From Gammaproteobacteria bacterium (GTDB taxonomy: Bacteria; Cyanobacteriota; Vampirovibrionia; Vampirovibrionales; JAJTHC01): a DNA stretch of 64,000 nt. Location of the stretch: assembly GCA_040375445.1 (NCBI GenBank), contig JBEISK010000004.1, positions 2,115-66,114 on the forward strand, in the 5' to 3' direction. Position numbers and translations under genes: made by a program. Positions 52,909 to 62,353 of the stretch are shown in pieces; within the stretch, counting starts at the first letter, position 1; every line of letters begins with the position of its first letter. The notes under the pieces are model-generated. The model saw nothing but the letters and a program-made list of their open reading frames with translations. It searched no databases and was not told the origin of the DNA.

Positions 52909-53943
52909 TCATGCCTTGCACCGATGCAACGCCTGTGAAAAAGTCTTAAAAAAGCGATGCACTGCACCTGATGCCAAGGCGTCCTTCACCACCGCCGTCG
53001 CAGATGCCAGCGACTCATGCGGATGCACCAACTGCCATGCCAAGCCCGCATTCAATACCACTTGCCAGTACGCCAAGCTCGACACATCCCGACCCTCAAT
53101 CATCTCAAAAAAGCGATGCACATTTGCTGTTGCCGAAAGATCTAACGCCGATGTGCTGGTGTCGTCTACCACATCAGATGCTCCTAAAAATGGAGACAGT
53201 TCCAGCATCAAGGGACGCTTCTTGCCGATGTATAAGCCCCTGCTCGTCACTTGCGGATGAGCTTCATCCAGCCCGTTTGACGCTCGTAGGACTAGGCTGT
53301 ACACATTGCCTAAATCGGGTGATTCCAATAATTCGCCAAGTGGAAGCATCAACGAAGCGTGGGAGCATCCCAAAAGACGGTGGGTGGGTCGAGTGGGGTT
53401 CAATAAAGGCCCCAAGAAATTAAAAGCGGTGGGGTGCTTGACTTGCTTACGAAAGGGGGCGAGAGTGGCTAAGCTCGGGTAAACTTGGGGTGCCATTAAA
53501 AACGACAAGCCTGTCTCTTCAAGTAGCGGAAAAACGGCGTGATTGGCTAAAGGCGTCGGCACGCCCAAGGCTTCTAAAAAATCAAAGCTCCCCGAAGCGG
53601 ATGTGGCGGCTCGGTTACCGAATTTAAGGACTGGTACACCCAAGCTTGCCAACACAAAGGCAACCGTGGTGGACGTATTAAAACTCGAAATGCCACTACC
53701 GCCTGTACCGCAAGTATCCAACATGATTTCAGGCTTGTGGGGAAAGGTTTGAAAGTCCGTGACTTGACGCTGCCAAATCGCCGTATGCAAAAGACGCAAG
53801 GCCTCTGTGTTGAGACGATCGGGGTGAAGGCTGGTGAGACGATCAAGCATTACGGTATCATTTTCTTGGGCATCTAAAAAGCAATTGAGGGCATCGGGTT
53901 CCTGCAACCATGCTAAGGCTTCAGGCAAATTCAGATCGTTCAT
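52909..53943 (-). CDS. trpD: anthranilate phosphoribosyltransferase
   Basis: CGTGGSGISSFNTSTTVAFVLASLGVPVLKFGNRAATSASGSFDFLEALG. Confidence 0.88.
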   Translation of the reverse strand: MNDLNLPEALAWLQEPDALNCFLDAQENDTVMLDRLTSLHPDRLNTEALRLLHTAIWQRQVTDFQTFPHKPEIMLDTCGTGGSGISSFNTSTTVAFVLASLGVPVLKFGNRAATSASGSFDFLEALGVPTPLANHAVFPLLEETGLSFLMAPQVYPSLATLAPFRKQVKHPTAFNFLGPLLNPTRPTHRLLGCSHASLMLPLGELLESPDLGNVYSLVLRASNGLDEAHPQVTSRGLYIGKKRPLMLELSPFLGASDVVDDTSTSALDLSATANVHRFFEMIEGRDVSSLAYWQVVLNAGLAWQLVHPHESLASATAVVKDALASGAVHRFFKTFSQALHRCKA

Positions 53944-54536
53944 TAGACACGTTCCACAAAGTTTTTAAGCAGGGCTTGACCTTCAGGTGTGCCAATACTT
54001 TCAGGATGAAATTGCACGCCATACAGGGGCAGAGTCTCATGTCGCACGCCCATAATTAAGCCGTGGGTTTTGTCTTTGCACGTGACCTTCAAGACGCCAG
54101 GCAGGCTGGCTTCTTCCACGACTAAAGAATGGTATCGCATGGCTTGAAAGGGGCGAGACAATCCCACAAAAAGCGGGCAATCTTCATCTAATATGTCTAT
54201 TTCGGACGTTTTGCCATGCACAATGGCAGGGGCTTGCACGACGTTGGCGCCATAAACGCTAGAAAGCCCTTGATGCCCCAAGCATACGCCCAAAATCGGG
54301 ATGCCGTGCGTGGGTTGCGTGGCGATGAGGTCTCGGCAGACACCAAAATCACTGGCGAGATCAGGATGCCCTGGTCCAGGGGATAAAATGATTTTTTCAG
54401 GCTTCAACGCAAGAAGTTCTTCGAGGGTTTTTTCGTCGTTGCGAAAGACCAAAACAGGCACAGGGCTGACGGCTTGCACCATTTGAAAGAGGTTGAAGGT
54501 AAACGAATCGTAGTTGTCAATCAGAATAATGGGCAT
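53943..54536 (-). CDS. trpG: anthranilate synthase component II (glutamine amidotransferase)
   Basis: MPIILIDNYDSFTFNL..., the catalytic GVCLGHQ, and ...HPES. The start was set at ATG 54536, because the track's longer ORF runs through the MITE repeat. Confidence 0.88.
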   Translation of the reverse strand: MPIILIDNYDSFTFNLFQMVQAVSPVPVLVFRNDEKTLEELLALKPEKIILSPGPGHPDLASDFGVCRDLIATQPTHGIPILGVCLGHQGLSSVYGANVVQAPAIVHGKTSEIDILDEDCPLFVGLSRPFQAMRYHSLVVEEASLPGVLKVTCKDKTHGLIMGVRHETLPLYGVQFHPESIGTPEGQALLKNFVERV

Positions 54537-54575
54537 GTGCTGGACTCCTTTGGCTTTTTCGAAAATACAATGCCC

Positions 54576-54677
54576 TGTCCCTTCTCCCTTTGGGAGAAGG
54601 TTAGGATGAGGGAAACACCAGCTATAACTGGACATCGTAGAACCCTCACCCCAGCCCTCTCCCAAAGGGAGAGGGTG
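54576..54677 (+). repeat. MITE-like palindromic repeat, twin of 50601-50702
   Basis: Nearly identical sequence in the same orientation, again in a divergent promoter region. Confidence 0.8.
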
Positions 54678-54746
54678 CAAAGCCACTGTTAATTTTTCAA
54701 AATACTATAAATCCACTCTAGCACAAAAAAAGCTTCACTTGGCTTT

Positions 54747-56981
54747 ATGCCAACAAGAAATAAGGATTTTTTTGTGATTTACTCGACGATATACCAAAAA
54801 CCAGCCAGCGAAAATCCTACAGCATCTAAGAAGGTGAATACGCCAAGTGTGTATGTGCCAGAAGGCATGTTTCATCATAATAAAGCCATGCCCTATGTAA
54901 TAGCCACAGGCGTGGGCGTAGGCATAGCGGCCTTAGGCGTGGGGGCGTATACGGTGGCGAATGTATCGCATTCCAGTGGTCGCCTTCAAAAGTGGATTCA
55001 AAACGATCTTAAAACCATCGCAAAGCACATGAAAATGCAAGAACAGGGTAAAGCCTTACAGATTCAGTATCGAGACCTGCCCGATTCGTTTAAATCTTTA
55101 CGTAGCTTAAAACTTAACTTCAATCGTAAGATCTTAGAAGACGTTGAAGTTACCGTGACCATAAAGGGGAAAAAAGTAAAAGTATTAGAAAAACGAGTTA
55201 ATGTAAAGGAATTATTTGGGGCTTTGTCTGAATGGTTGCCGTTTTTAGGAACCTTATTTAACGGATTCCCTCTTCGCAACCGCTTACAAATCATTGGCTA
55301 TGCTCTTTCACCCACCTTTTGGATGAAAGACCTCTTTTCAAAAGACGGTATGTGGCTTAAAAAACTCTTGAGCATTGCGGGAACGCCTGCCAAGAAAATC
55401 ACGCAACAGTTAGCGGAAAAAACCAAAGGTTTACGAGATATGAAACAAGTCGAAAAAGATGTCGAAAATCTCGAAAAAAAATCTACAGAAGCCTTTAAAA
55501 AGGCTTTTGCTTGGAATAAAAAGAATGGACGCATTGATGCGTCTTCAAACGAAGAACCCTCTCGTGTCCTTTTAATTATGGAAGGCATTGCAAGCAAGTT
55601 TCTTTCAAAAATATTGAAACCATTTTATATCGCCATGAATGACTTACAAGACAATGCACCACCTTTGCCCTTGAACGTTATTGTTAAACAAATGACCCCT
55701 TATCTGAAAAAGACCTATCCGAATTTGGATATACGTTTGAATAAGTTTAAAATCATCAATGTGGCTTCGGTGGGGCATATCGTCACGCATCAAGATCTAC
55801 CGAATAGTGCGTTTAAAGTCATTCGTCCGATTGAAGACGACAACTTGCTCGCTACAGGACGTGCCATTTACGGCGTTTTGGTGACCGCAGGTCCAGAACT
55901 TGTCCAGCTTGCTTTAGAAAATATTCCTTTGAAAGAACCTGAACGTCTCAAGCGTTTAGTAGAAACAAAAGAGTTCAGCACTTTATCGTATCAGTTTTGT
56001 TTGCAGTTTTTAAATGGACTCAAAAAGGAAGGCGATATTCCACGTGAAGTTAATGCCAGCAAAGCCTTTAGAACACATTATAATGGGCATCATGGTTTGA
56101 TTGTGCCTAAAATTTACGGGCATTATGCTAAAGGTGGTATTGGCGAAGGTGGTATTATTGAAATGGAATTCATTAAAGATTCCCTGAGTATGACTGATCT
56201 AGAAGCACGAAACAGCCAAGACTTTAATCGGATTAAAGCCCAAGCCTTTTACGCTATGATTCAACGTGGACTTGACTTTTCAGAGTCCCACATCTCTCAT
56301 ACGGATATTCACGGCGGTCAATTTCGCTACCAAGAAGGTAGTAAAAAAATTGCTTTGCTTGATTTTGGTGCCTATTTAAGGTTTTCACCAGACGCTCGTC
56401 AACGTATTGTGGATACCCTTTTGACGGCTCACTTGAACAAGGCGTATTATCTCAAGGGGCAGGAGCCTCCGAAACATCGAAGCGTGATTCAAATGGCATC
56501 GAAGTTGGGGACGGGCTGGACGGATATACAAGATAACCACAGGTTGACGGAAGCCTTTAGTAGACTCGACAATCCCTTGACGTTTTCGGCTGTTGGGCTG
56601 ATAAAAGGGCTTTCAGGCGATGGCGTTAATAATTGGTCGGTGTGGTATGATCTAAAAAAGTTGGATACCTTTGGAACAGGCGTTAAAAAGCTTGACGTGG
56701 CGGCACTGAACGCTTTAAGTCCACAACAACGTCAGGCATTGCAGTTTATGTCGATCCAGACGTTTGAGTCGGATATCGATCGACTAATGGCGTCGATGTT
56801 AAAACAGTCCCACTTGAAATTTAATGCAGACGAGCAAGCCAAAATACGTTATAGCTTACGCAACGAATTTTTAACGATCTTCAAGCCCTACATTCGTGGG
56901 GGCGAGTTCCTTGATGTGGCAACGTTCGAGGTTCATCACATGAGCTTGAGAAAAGCTTGGATGCAGAAGCATTCGTCATAG
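54747..56981 (+). CDS. ABC1/UbiB-family atypical kinase domain protein with a long N-terminal membrane-anchored extension
   Basis: ASVGHIVTHQDL..AFKVIRP, E..VNASKAF, IVPKIY...IEMEFIKD, and HTDIHGGQF...IALLDFG match ABC1 motifs. The TM segment is VIATGVGVGIAALGVGAYTV. Confidence 0.65.
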   Translation: MPTRNKDFFVIYSTIYQKPASENPTASKKVNTPSVYVPEGMFHHNKAMPYVIATGVGVGIAALGVGAYTVANVSHSSGRLQKWIQNDLKTIAKHMKMQEQGKALQIQYRDLPDSFKSLRSLKLNFNRKILEDVEVTVTIKGKKVKVLEKRVNVKELFGALSEWLPFLGTLFNGFPLRNRLQIIGYALSPTFWMKDLFSKDGMWLKKLLSIAGTPAKKITQQLAEKTKGLRDMKQVEKDVENLEKKSTEAFKKAFAWNKKNGRIDASSNEEPSRVLLIMEGIASKFLSKILKPFYIAMNDLQDNAPPLPLNVIVKQMTPYLKKTYPNLDIRLNKFKIINVASVGHIVTHQDLPNSAFKVIRPIEDDNLLATGRAIYGVLVTAGPELVQLALENIPLKEPERLKRLVETKEFSTLSYQFCLQFLNGLKKEGDIPREVNASKAFRTHYNGHHGLIVPKIYGHYAKGGIGEGGIIEMEFIKDSLSMTDLEARNSQDFNRIKAQAFYAMIQRGLDFSESHISHTDIHGGQFRYQEGSKKIALLDFGAYLRFSPDARQRIVDTLLTAHLNKAYYLKGQEPPKHRSVIQMASKLGTGWTDIQDNHRLTEAFSRLDNPLTFSAVGLIKGLSGDGVNNWSVWYDLKKLDTFGTGVKKLDVAALNALSPQQRQALQFMSIQTFESDIDRLMASMLKQSHLKFNADEQAKIRYSLRNEFLTIFKPYIRGGEFLDVATFEVHHMSLRKAWMQKHSS

Positions 56982-57061
56982 AGTAAGGTGGGCTTTGATT
57001 TGTGGTATCGTTTCAAGACTGGGGCAAAACGCCCCCTCGTAAGAAGAAGTAGTTAGGAATT

Positions 57062-57091
57062 AAACAAACCCAGCATATGCTGGGTTTGTTT
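57062..57091. terminator. perfect 30-bp palindrome, likely a bidirectional terminator
   Basis: AAACAAACCCAGCATATGCTGGGTTTGTTT lies between convergent genes. Confidence 0.6.
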
Positions 57092-57114
57092 AAGGATTAT
57101 ATCACGGGTCAAAC

Positions 57115-57816
57115 CTACTTGATGCCCTGCCCTATGATTTTAAAAACTGGGACGAACAACCCTTGTTTCGTTTCAGGGAAAGCTTCATACATCAATGCTA
57201 GGGCTTGTTCTAAAATGCTTCTACACTCTGTAGGGTCATCAGATTTGCCAAAAAGTTTAAAAACATTCGGGAAATATTTGCCAAATACTCTATTAACAAA
57301 GAACTCCGGCGGTTGATCAGGATACAAATCACGTTGAACCTGTACAATAGCAGCAGCCACCAATGGATGTGCTATAAAACAAGTAGTAGAAGATTTAGCT
57401 CTTATTAACCTGTCACGAGTATACGCTTCACGCAGATCAAGGATTGTTGAATCCTTAGGGAAATGGCTTAGGGCAACGTTGAAGAATTCAGACACTTGGG
57501 GATCAGTCAAACCAGAAACATAAGTCTGTACTACAATGTTAGGGTCACCAAAAACAACAACAACATTATCAGAGCCATACATATTGCTTTGTTTTCTGAG
57601 GCAAGGAAGCTGGACTACCCATCGCTCTTTTATCAAAGATGAAGCTTCAGGAGTTTCTAGCAAAGAGCCTGGTGCCGTCAACGCCCTTAATTCTATGGAA
57701 ACCGCCTGGGGACCAAATCGGCCTGTTGGATTAGGATCAGGAGCAAGACGTCTAGGGGTTTTGACTCTAGGGGTTCCAAGATTGAATAGGTTAGATGAAG
57801 TGAAAAAATTAGTCAT
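57115..57816 (-). CDS. hypothetical protein
   Basis: The start was placed at the internal Met (MTNFFTSS...). The track's longer N-terminus overlaps the neighbouring gene's promoter region. Confidence 0.45.
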   Translation of the reverse strand: MTNFFTSSNLFNLGTPRVKTPRRLAPDPNPTGRFGPQAVSIELRALTAPGSLLETPEASSLIKERWVVQLPCLRKQSNMYGSDNVVVVFGDPNIVVQTYVSGLTDPQVSEFFNVALSHFPKDSTILDLREAYTRDRLIRAKSSTTCFIAHPLVAAAIVQVQRDLYPDQPPEFFVNRVFGKYFPNVFKLFGKSDDPTECRSILEQALALMYEAFPETKQGLFVPVFKIIGQGIK

Positions 57817-57972
57817 GATAAAGATTATATTTTTTATAAAACAGCTTAGAACATAATACATAAAAACACCACTACAGGTATTCTTATACAAAGACAAAAC
57901 ACGGTAAAGGATTATTTGTGCGGGGCAAATAAAGTTGTTTCGAAATGTAAACACTTGCACTATAATAAACCC

Positions 57973-59712
57973 ATGTACACTTCTTCCGCACCCCACATCG
58001 TGCTTGATGCCACCGCCCTGCCGTTTGCCCTGCAAACAGGCACGCTAAGCCGTGAAGATTGGCGACTCATGCTCATTTCATTGCACTGGATTCATGAACG
58101 CTATAGCCAGCATCCGGAAAATATGGGCAAGGTCTATTGGAATAGTCGCACCGTGCAAGGCTTTATGACCCTGCTTCAGCTTCACCCCAAGCTCATTCGC
58201 CAATGGAGGCAAGAGGACCCGCGACTGGAAGAGCTTTTAAGGCATTCCCCCGTGGCCAAAGGCATTTGGCAAGCCGCGCACGCCCTTGAAGCGTCGTCGC
58301 ACCGTCAAGTCGACAAGCTCCCCTTCCATTTGCAAGACAAGCTCTACCCCTTGGCGCGATATTTAGAACATCGTTCCACGATTTTTGAACTCAATCGCTA
58401 TGTTGAACAAGACGCGCGTCGCACGATGGTGCATAGCCTTGGCCTGCCTATTTCAGCCGAACACGCCGACACCGTCGATATTGTCACTGTGGCGGATTTA
58501 TCCTTGCTTCACATCGCTGAAAACGGGAGCTCGATTAAAGATTTTTTGAAAAAACAAGCCCTTCTTAAACGTCAGCTAAGCTTTGTCAATGAAGGGCATC
58601 GCTTAGTGACATGGGACGATGAAACCGCCGACACCTTAAGGGAAAGCCTCCTACATATTGAAGACGATCAAGTAACCGTGGCTCCGCCGTGTTGGCTTAT
58701 GGAAATGCCCCCTAGTCTCTCTCAAGGATCAGATGTACCTGAGCGTCTTGAAAAAGCCTTTCAAACGTGGTGTGTTCAGCATCAGTGGGTGGATGAACCT
58801 ACCCCTGACAATGAAGATGACGCATTAGAGCTCGTAGAATCTTCTATAGAATCTGCGTTTGAGTCTATGAACAATAGTTTAGACTTGTCCCCTGACGACA
58901 TTAAGGAGCTTCTTGAACTGGTGGAAGATCCTAATATAGAAGTGGTACTCCACTTTAAAGACGGTGACGATCAGATAGATGAAACCATTGATTATCAAGA
59001 AGAGGGTGTTAATGAGGCTATAGAATCAGCCAATATCAAAACTAAAGAAAATAAAGATTATTTTATTAAGCCTTCTGAATATTTAGTTGTTTCGTTAAGA
59101 GATGAAGAACATGAAGATTTTGAAAGCACATTAAGTTTAGCGTTTATTGCATTGTTAGACGCCTGCCACTACGAACCAGACGAAGCCGACGGCGAAGGTG
59201 AAGGGATTGAACGCTTGGCGTACCACCTCATCAAGCAGAACGGGTCAGCAGTGGCTCAACAAGGCAAACGTCGCTTAATGATTTTTTACACGACAGGCAC
59301 CTATTCGGTCGTTGAAGCGTTGGTGAAGAAACATCCGCTCTATTCTTTTGTGGCGGAACGTGTTTTGTTAATGCCTTCAACCGCCTATAATAAGGCGATG
59401 TTTTACCCCAAGGCCTTAGCGTTTTGCGTTAGTCCTACAGGTAAGGCGTTTTACCCCACCATTTTAGAAGCCATGGCGTATTCCCTTCCCATTGTCGCCC
59501 CAAAACGACTTTCGTTTGAAGTCTTAGCAAAAGAGGGGGGATTCTTTTTCAACCCAGAACGCCCCACGAGATTACCAACAGTGCTGCACAAACTCGCCCA
59601 AGCCGAAACAAAGCGTGCCAAGCGTGCTGGAATGATGGCTCGACGTATGGCAGAAACTCGTAATTGGCAACGCTTTGGTGAACAATTATGGAAAGCATAT
59701 AGCTTTGAATAA
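57973..59712 (+). CDS. hypothetical protein with an acidic central region and a degenerate GT-B glycosyltransferase-like C-terminus
   Basis: The C-terminus is ...FYPTILEAMAYSLPIVAPKRLSFEVLAKEGGFFF... (EX7E-like). The start was placed at ATG 57973. Confidence 0.5.
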   Translation: MYTSSAPHIVLDATALPFALQTGTLSREDWRLMLISLHWIHERYSQHPENMGKVYWNSRTVQGFMTLLQLHPKLIRQWRQEDPRLEELLRHSPVAKGIWQAAHALEASSHRQVDKLPFHLQDKLYPLARYLEHRSTIFELNRYVEQDARRTMVHSLGLPISAEHADTVDIVTVADLSLLHIAENGSSIKDFLKKQALLKRQLSFVNEGHRLVTWDDETADTLRESLLHIEDDQVTVAPPCWLMEMPPSLSQGSDVPERLEKAFQTWCVQHQWVDEPTPDNEDDALELVESSIESAFESMNNSLDLSPDDIKELLELVEDPNIEVVLHFKDGDDQIDETIDYQEEGVNEAIESANIKTKENKDYFIKPSEYLVVSLRDEEHEDFESTLSLAFIALLDACHYEPDEADGEGEGIERLAYHLIKQNGSAVAQQGKRRLMIFYTTGTYSVVEALVKKHPLYSFVAERVLLMPSTAYNKAMFYPKALAFCVSPTGKAFYPTILEAMAYSLPIVAPKRLSFEVLAKEGGFFFNPERPTRLPTVLHKLAQAETKRAKRAGMMARRMAETRNWQRFGEQLWKAYSFE

Positions 59713-59765
59713 ATCGTTTTTATCTTCTCGCTCCCCCCTTCGCAAGAGGGGATAAATCAAAGGAA

Positions 59766-60287
59766 ATGAACATGTTTTTAAAACCCGATTATATCTTTAG
59801 TGACTTAACTCAATTGAAGGCTGAACACCTTGAAATAATAGGCGTGAAGGGGCTTGTTTTTGATTTGGACAACACACTATTGCCGCCTCACACCAAGCAA
59901 TTGCAAGGGTATGTAGCTCAATGGCTTGAAGGACTTTGCCAAGCAGGATTTCCCTTTATTGTTGTAAGCAACAATAAAGATCTGGCTTACCTCAAGCAGG
60001 CAGAACATCTGCTTAATGTCCCTGTTTTAGGGCCTGCCAAAAAGCCCAGTATTCGCATGATTAAGCAAGCCATTGCGTGGCTTAAACTACCCCCTGAAGC
60101 CGTTGCTGTGATTGGAGATAGACCCCTGACCGATTTGTGGTCTGGGCAACGAGCGGGCTGTAAAACCATTTTAGTCGATCCGTTGATGAGGGCAAACGAA
60201 CATGGGATCATCCACCTTTTACGAACATTGGAACGCCTACCTGTTAGCGTCCCTAAGCACACCAAAGAACAGCTACACTCCTTGTAA
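59766..60287 (+). CDS. YqeG-family HAD-IIIA phosphatase
   Basis: LVFDLDNTL, VVSNN, and GDRPLTDLWSGQRAGCKTILVDPL. Confidence 0.8.
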   Translation: MNMFLKPDYIFSDLTQLKAEHLEIIGVKGLVFDLDNTLLPPHTKQLQGYVAQWLEGLCQAGFPFIVVSNNKDLAYLKQAEHLLNVPVLGPAKKPSIRMIKQAIAWLKLPPEAVAVIGDRPLTDLWSGQRAGCKTILVDPLMRANEHGIIHLLRTLERLPVSVPKHTKEQLHSL

Positions 60288-60342
60288 TAAGGGTGTTTCG
60301 ATAGATTTAGAGTCTCCGTTCGCGGGTCGTTTTATCGGCGTG

Positions 60343-61503
60343 ATGAGTGGCACTTCACTCGATGCAATAGATCTTGTTGTCGCAGATTTAAGTCTGTTTA
60401 AGACTAAAGAAACTAAACAAAATAATCCTTTATTTTGTTTAGCTGAAACTAATATTCAACATTACGAACACTTATATCCTAAAGAACTAAAGAAACTTAT
60501 TTTAAGCTTGCAAGCTCATCAATCAATATCTTTAGCTAATTTAGTTTACCTCGAAAAAAAAATGACACTTTTATATGCCGAAGCCGTCAAAAGTGCTCTA
60601 AAGCATTGGAAAGTAGATAAATCTAGTGTTTTAGCCGTGTGCAATCACGGTCAAACCGTTTTTCATCAACGAGATGAAGCGGGTGAAATGGGAACGCTCC
60701 AGCTAGGGGATCCCTCTCGACTGGCTGAAACACTCGGTATGCGTGTCATCGCAGATTTTAGACGTGGCGATATTGGAGTAGGTGGGCAGGGTGCGCCGTT
60801 ACTGCCGTTTTACGATGCCTTACGCTTTAGTGAAGTCGACAAAACAGTGGTGGCTCACAACCTAGGCGGTATTAGCAATGTTAGCGTTTTACCTGCCCAG
60901 TCGTTAGGAGTAGAACCCTTTGCCTTTGACACAGGACTGGCTAATTTATGGATCGACCGTACAGTACTTGAATACTTCGGGCAGGCTTATGACCAAAACG
61001 GTATAATCGCCCAAAGTGCCTTGCCTATAGAGCCTTTTGTCACAGCGATTTTAGAGCATCCTTTTAACCAAGCCCCCCCACCTAAATCAACGGGTCGAGA
61101 CGATTTTAGCGATGACTATTTATTTTCTTTAGTCGCTAAATACACTAAAGATGCCAGTAAAGAAGCCATTGTGGCGAGTGTTACACACGCCACCGCCCTA
61201 AGTATGGTAAGGGCGTACAAGGACTTCATCATCCCCAAGGTTGGGAAAGTAGACACCCTTATTTTTAGTGGTGGGGGCATCTATAACCGTTATTTAATCG
61301 ATTTATTTCTCAGCTACTGGCAAAGTGAAGGATTGGTTGGCTTACCAGAGATTAAGCATCCTGAAGACTTTGGTATTCCCAATAAGGGTAAAGAAGCCTT
61401 GGGTTTTGCGTGGCTAGGTTGGGCAAAGTGGCATGGGTTACCTAACAACTTGCCAAGTTGTACAGGAGCAAATGCTTATGTTATGGGGGGTGTAATTTAT
61501 TAA
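60343..61503 (+). CDS. anmK: anhydro-N-acetylmuramic acid kinase
   Basis: (G)VMSGTSLDAIDLV, DFRRGDIGVGGQGAPL, and FDTGLAN. The start is ATG 60343 or GTG 60340. The track ORF start at 60202 overlaps the previous gene. Confidence 0.85.
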   Translation: MSGTSLDAIDLVVADLSLFKTKETKQNNPLFCLAETNIQHYEHLYPKELKKLILSLQAHQSISLANLVYLEKKMTLLYAEAVKSALKHWKVDKSSVLAVCNHGQTVFHQRDEAGEMGTLQLGDPSRLAETLGMRVIADFRRGDIGVGGQGAPLLPFYDALRFSEVDKTVVAHNLGGISNVSVLPAQSLGVEPFAFDTGLANLWIDRTVLEYFGQAYDQNGIIAQSALPIEPFVTAILEHPFNQAPPPKSTGRDDFSDDYLFSLVAKYTKDASKEAIVASVTHATALSMVRAYKDFIIPKVGKVDTLIFSGGGIYNRYLIDLFLSYWQSEGLVGLPEIKHPEDFGIPNKGKEALGFAWLGWAKWHGLPNNLPSCTGANAYVMGGVIY

Positions 61504-61604
61504 TACCCATTATAGAATCCTCCAATATATACATGGGCTTTAAAGTTTTTCGAAAAAAAGTCGATACCTACAACTAAATACTAAGTTTTTAAGGTGTTTG
61601 TCGA

Positions 61605-62255
61605 ATGTTACGCTTTTTCACCTGTCGATTCAGAAAAACGAATAGAGCTTTTTCCCTCATTGAGATGTTCGTTTCATTAGGCTTACTTGCCATTATTTCG
61701 GTAGCTGTACTTCAGTTACTACGTTCAGCGATTGAACAAACTCAGAATACCCGCATGCGGATTCATCAAGCGACAACTTTAAACAATTTTGTTACCTACT
61801 TTAGAGCCGATGCCGATAATGCTATTCGTATTGCATGGGATCAAGTCGATCACAATTGGATTGCCTTTGAAAATCAACGAACCGTCATTCGCTATAGTTT
61901 TACTCCTATGCCTGGATTTCCCACGCGTAATGTATTTGTTAGAGAAGCCTTAGCAAAAGCTACTGCTTTACCCAATGTCATAACGTCAAGTTCTGCAATG
62001 CCTTTAGGCTTCAACCCGCCTGATGTTACAATTACAAGCTTTATGCCACAGGAATATGCCGATCACATTGACTTTACGTGTGTAGACCCTTGCTTTGATT
62101 TTCAAGCAGGCTTTCGTGTGCAGTGGAATCAATCACGGGTCGAAACCGTGAGTGCTAACCCTTACGATACACTGGTTTCTATCGTGTTTGGGGAAATGGG
62201 TTACCAGCTACCTACTATAATCGTATTAAAAACGCTCACGATTCCAATTATTTAA
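61605..62255 (+). CDS. prepilin-type N-terminal domain protein (pseudopilin-like)
   Basis: NRAFSLIEMFVSLGLLAIISVAVLQLL resembles the class III signal/methylation motif. Confidence 0.5.
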   Translation: MLRFFTCRFRKTNRAFSLIEMFVSLGLLAIISVAVLQLLRSAIEQTQNTRMRIHQATTLNNFVTYFRADADNAIRIAWDQVDHNWIAFENQRTVIRYSFTPMPGFPTRNVFVREALAKATALPNVITSSSAMPLGFNPPDVTITSFMPQEYADHIDFTCVDPCFDFQAGFRVQWNQSRVETVSANPYDTLVSIVFGEMGYQLPTIIVLKTLTIPII

Positions 62256-62353
62256 ATATACATTTGATATTATTTATTTTTTAGTATACAATGAATTTAT
62301 AATCCCTCTCTTTCGTGTTTGGCGAACGCGGTGAACACCCTACATTAGAAGTG

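Noticed and set aside
53943-54686. Long N-terminal extension of trpG (MALHPLPLGEGWGEG...) and the related ORFs 50511..50711, 50430..50705 and 54474..54692
   Set aside because: The extra residues are translations of the MITE-like repeat. TrpG homology starts at MPIILIDNYD (ATG 54536). The other ORFs consist only of repeat sequence.
57817-58035. N-terminal 73 residues of track ORF 57115..58035
   Set aside because: The region is low-complexity and AT-rich, and it overlaps the promoter and start region of the divergent gene at 57973. The internal Met at 57816 gives a more plausible start.
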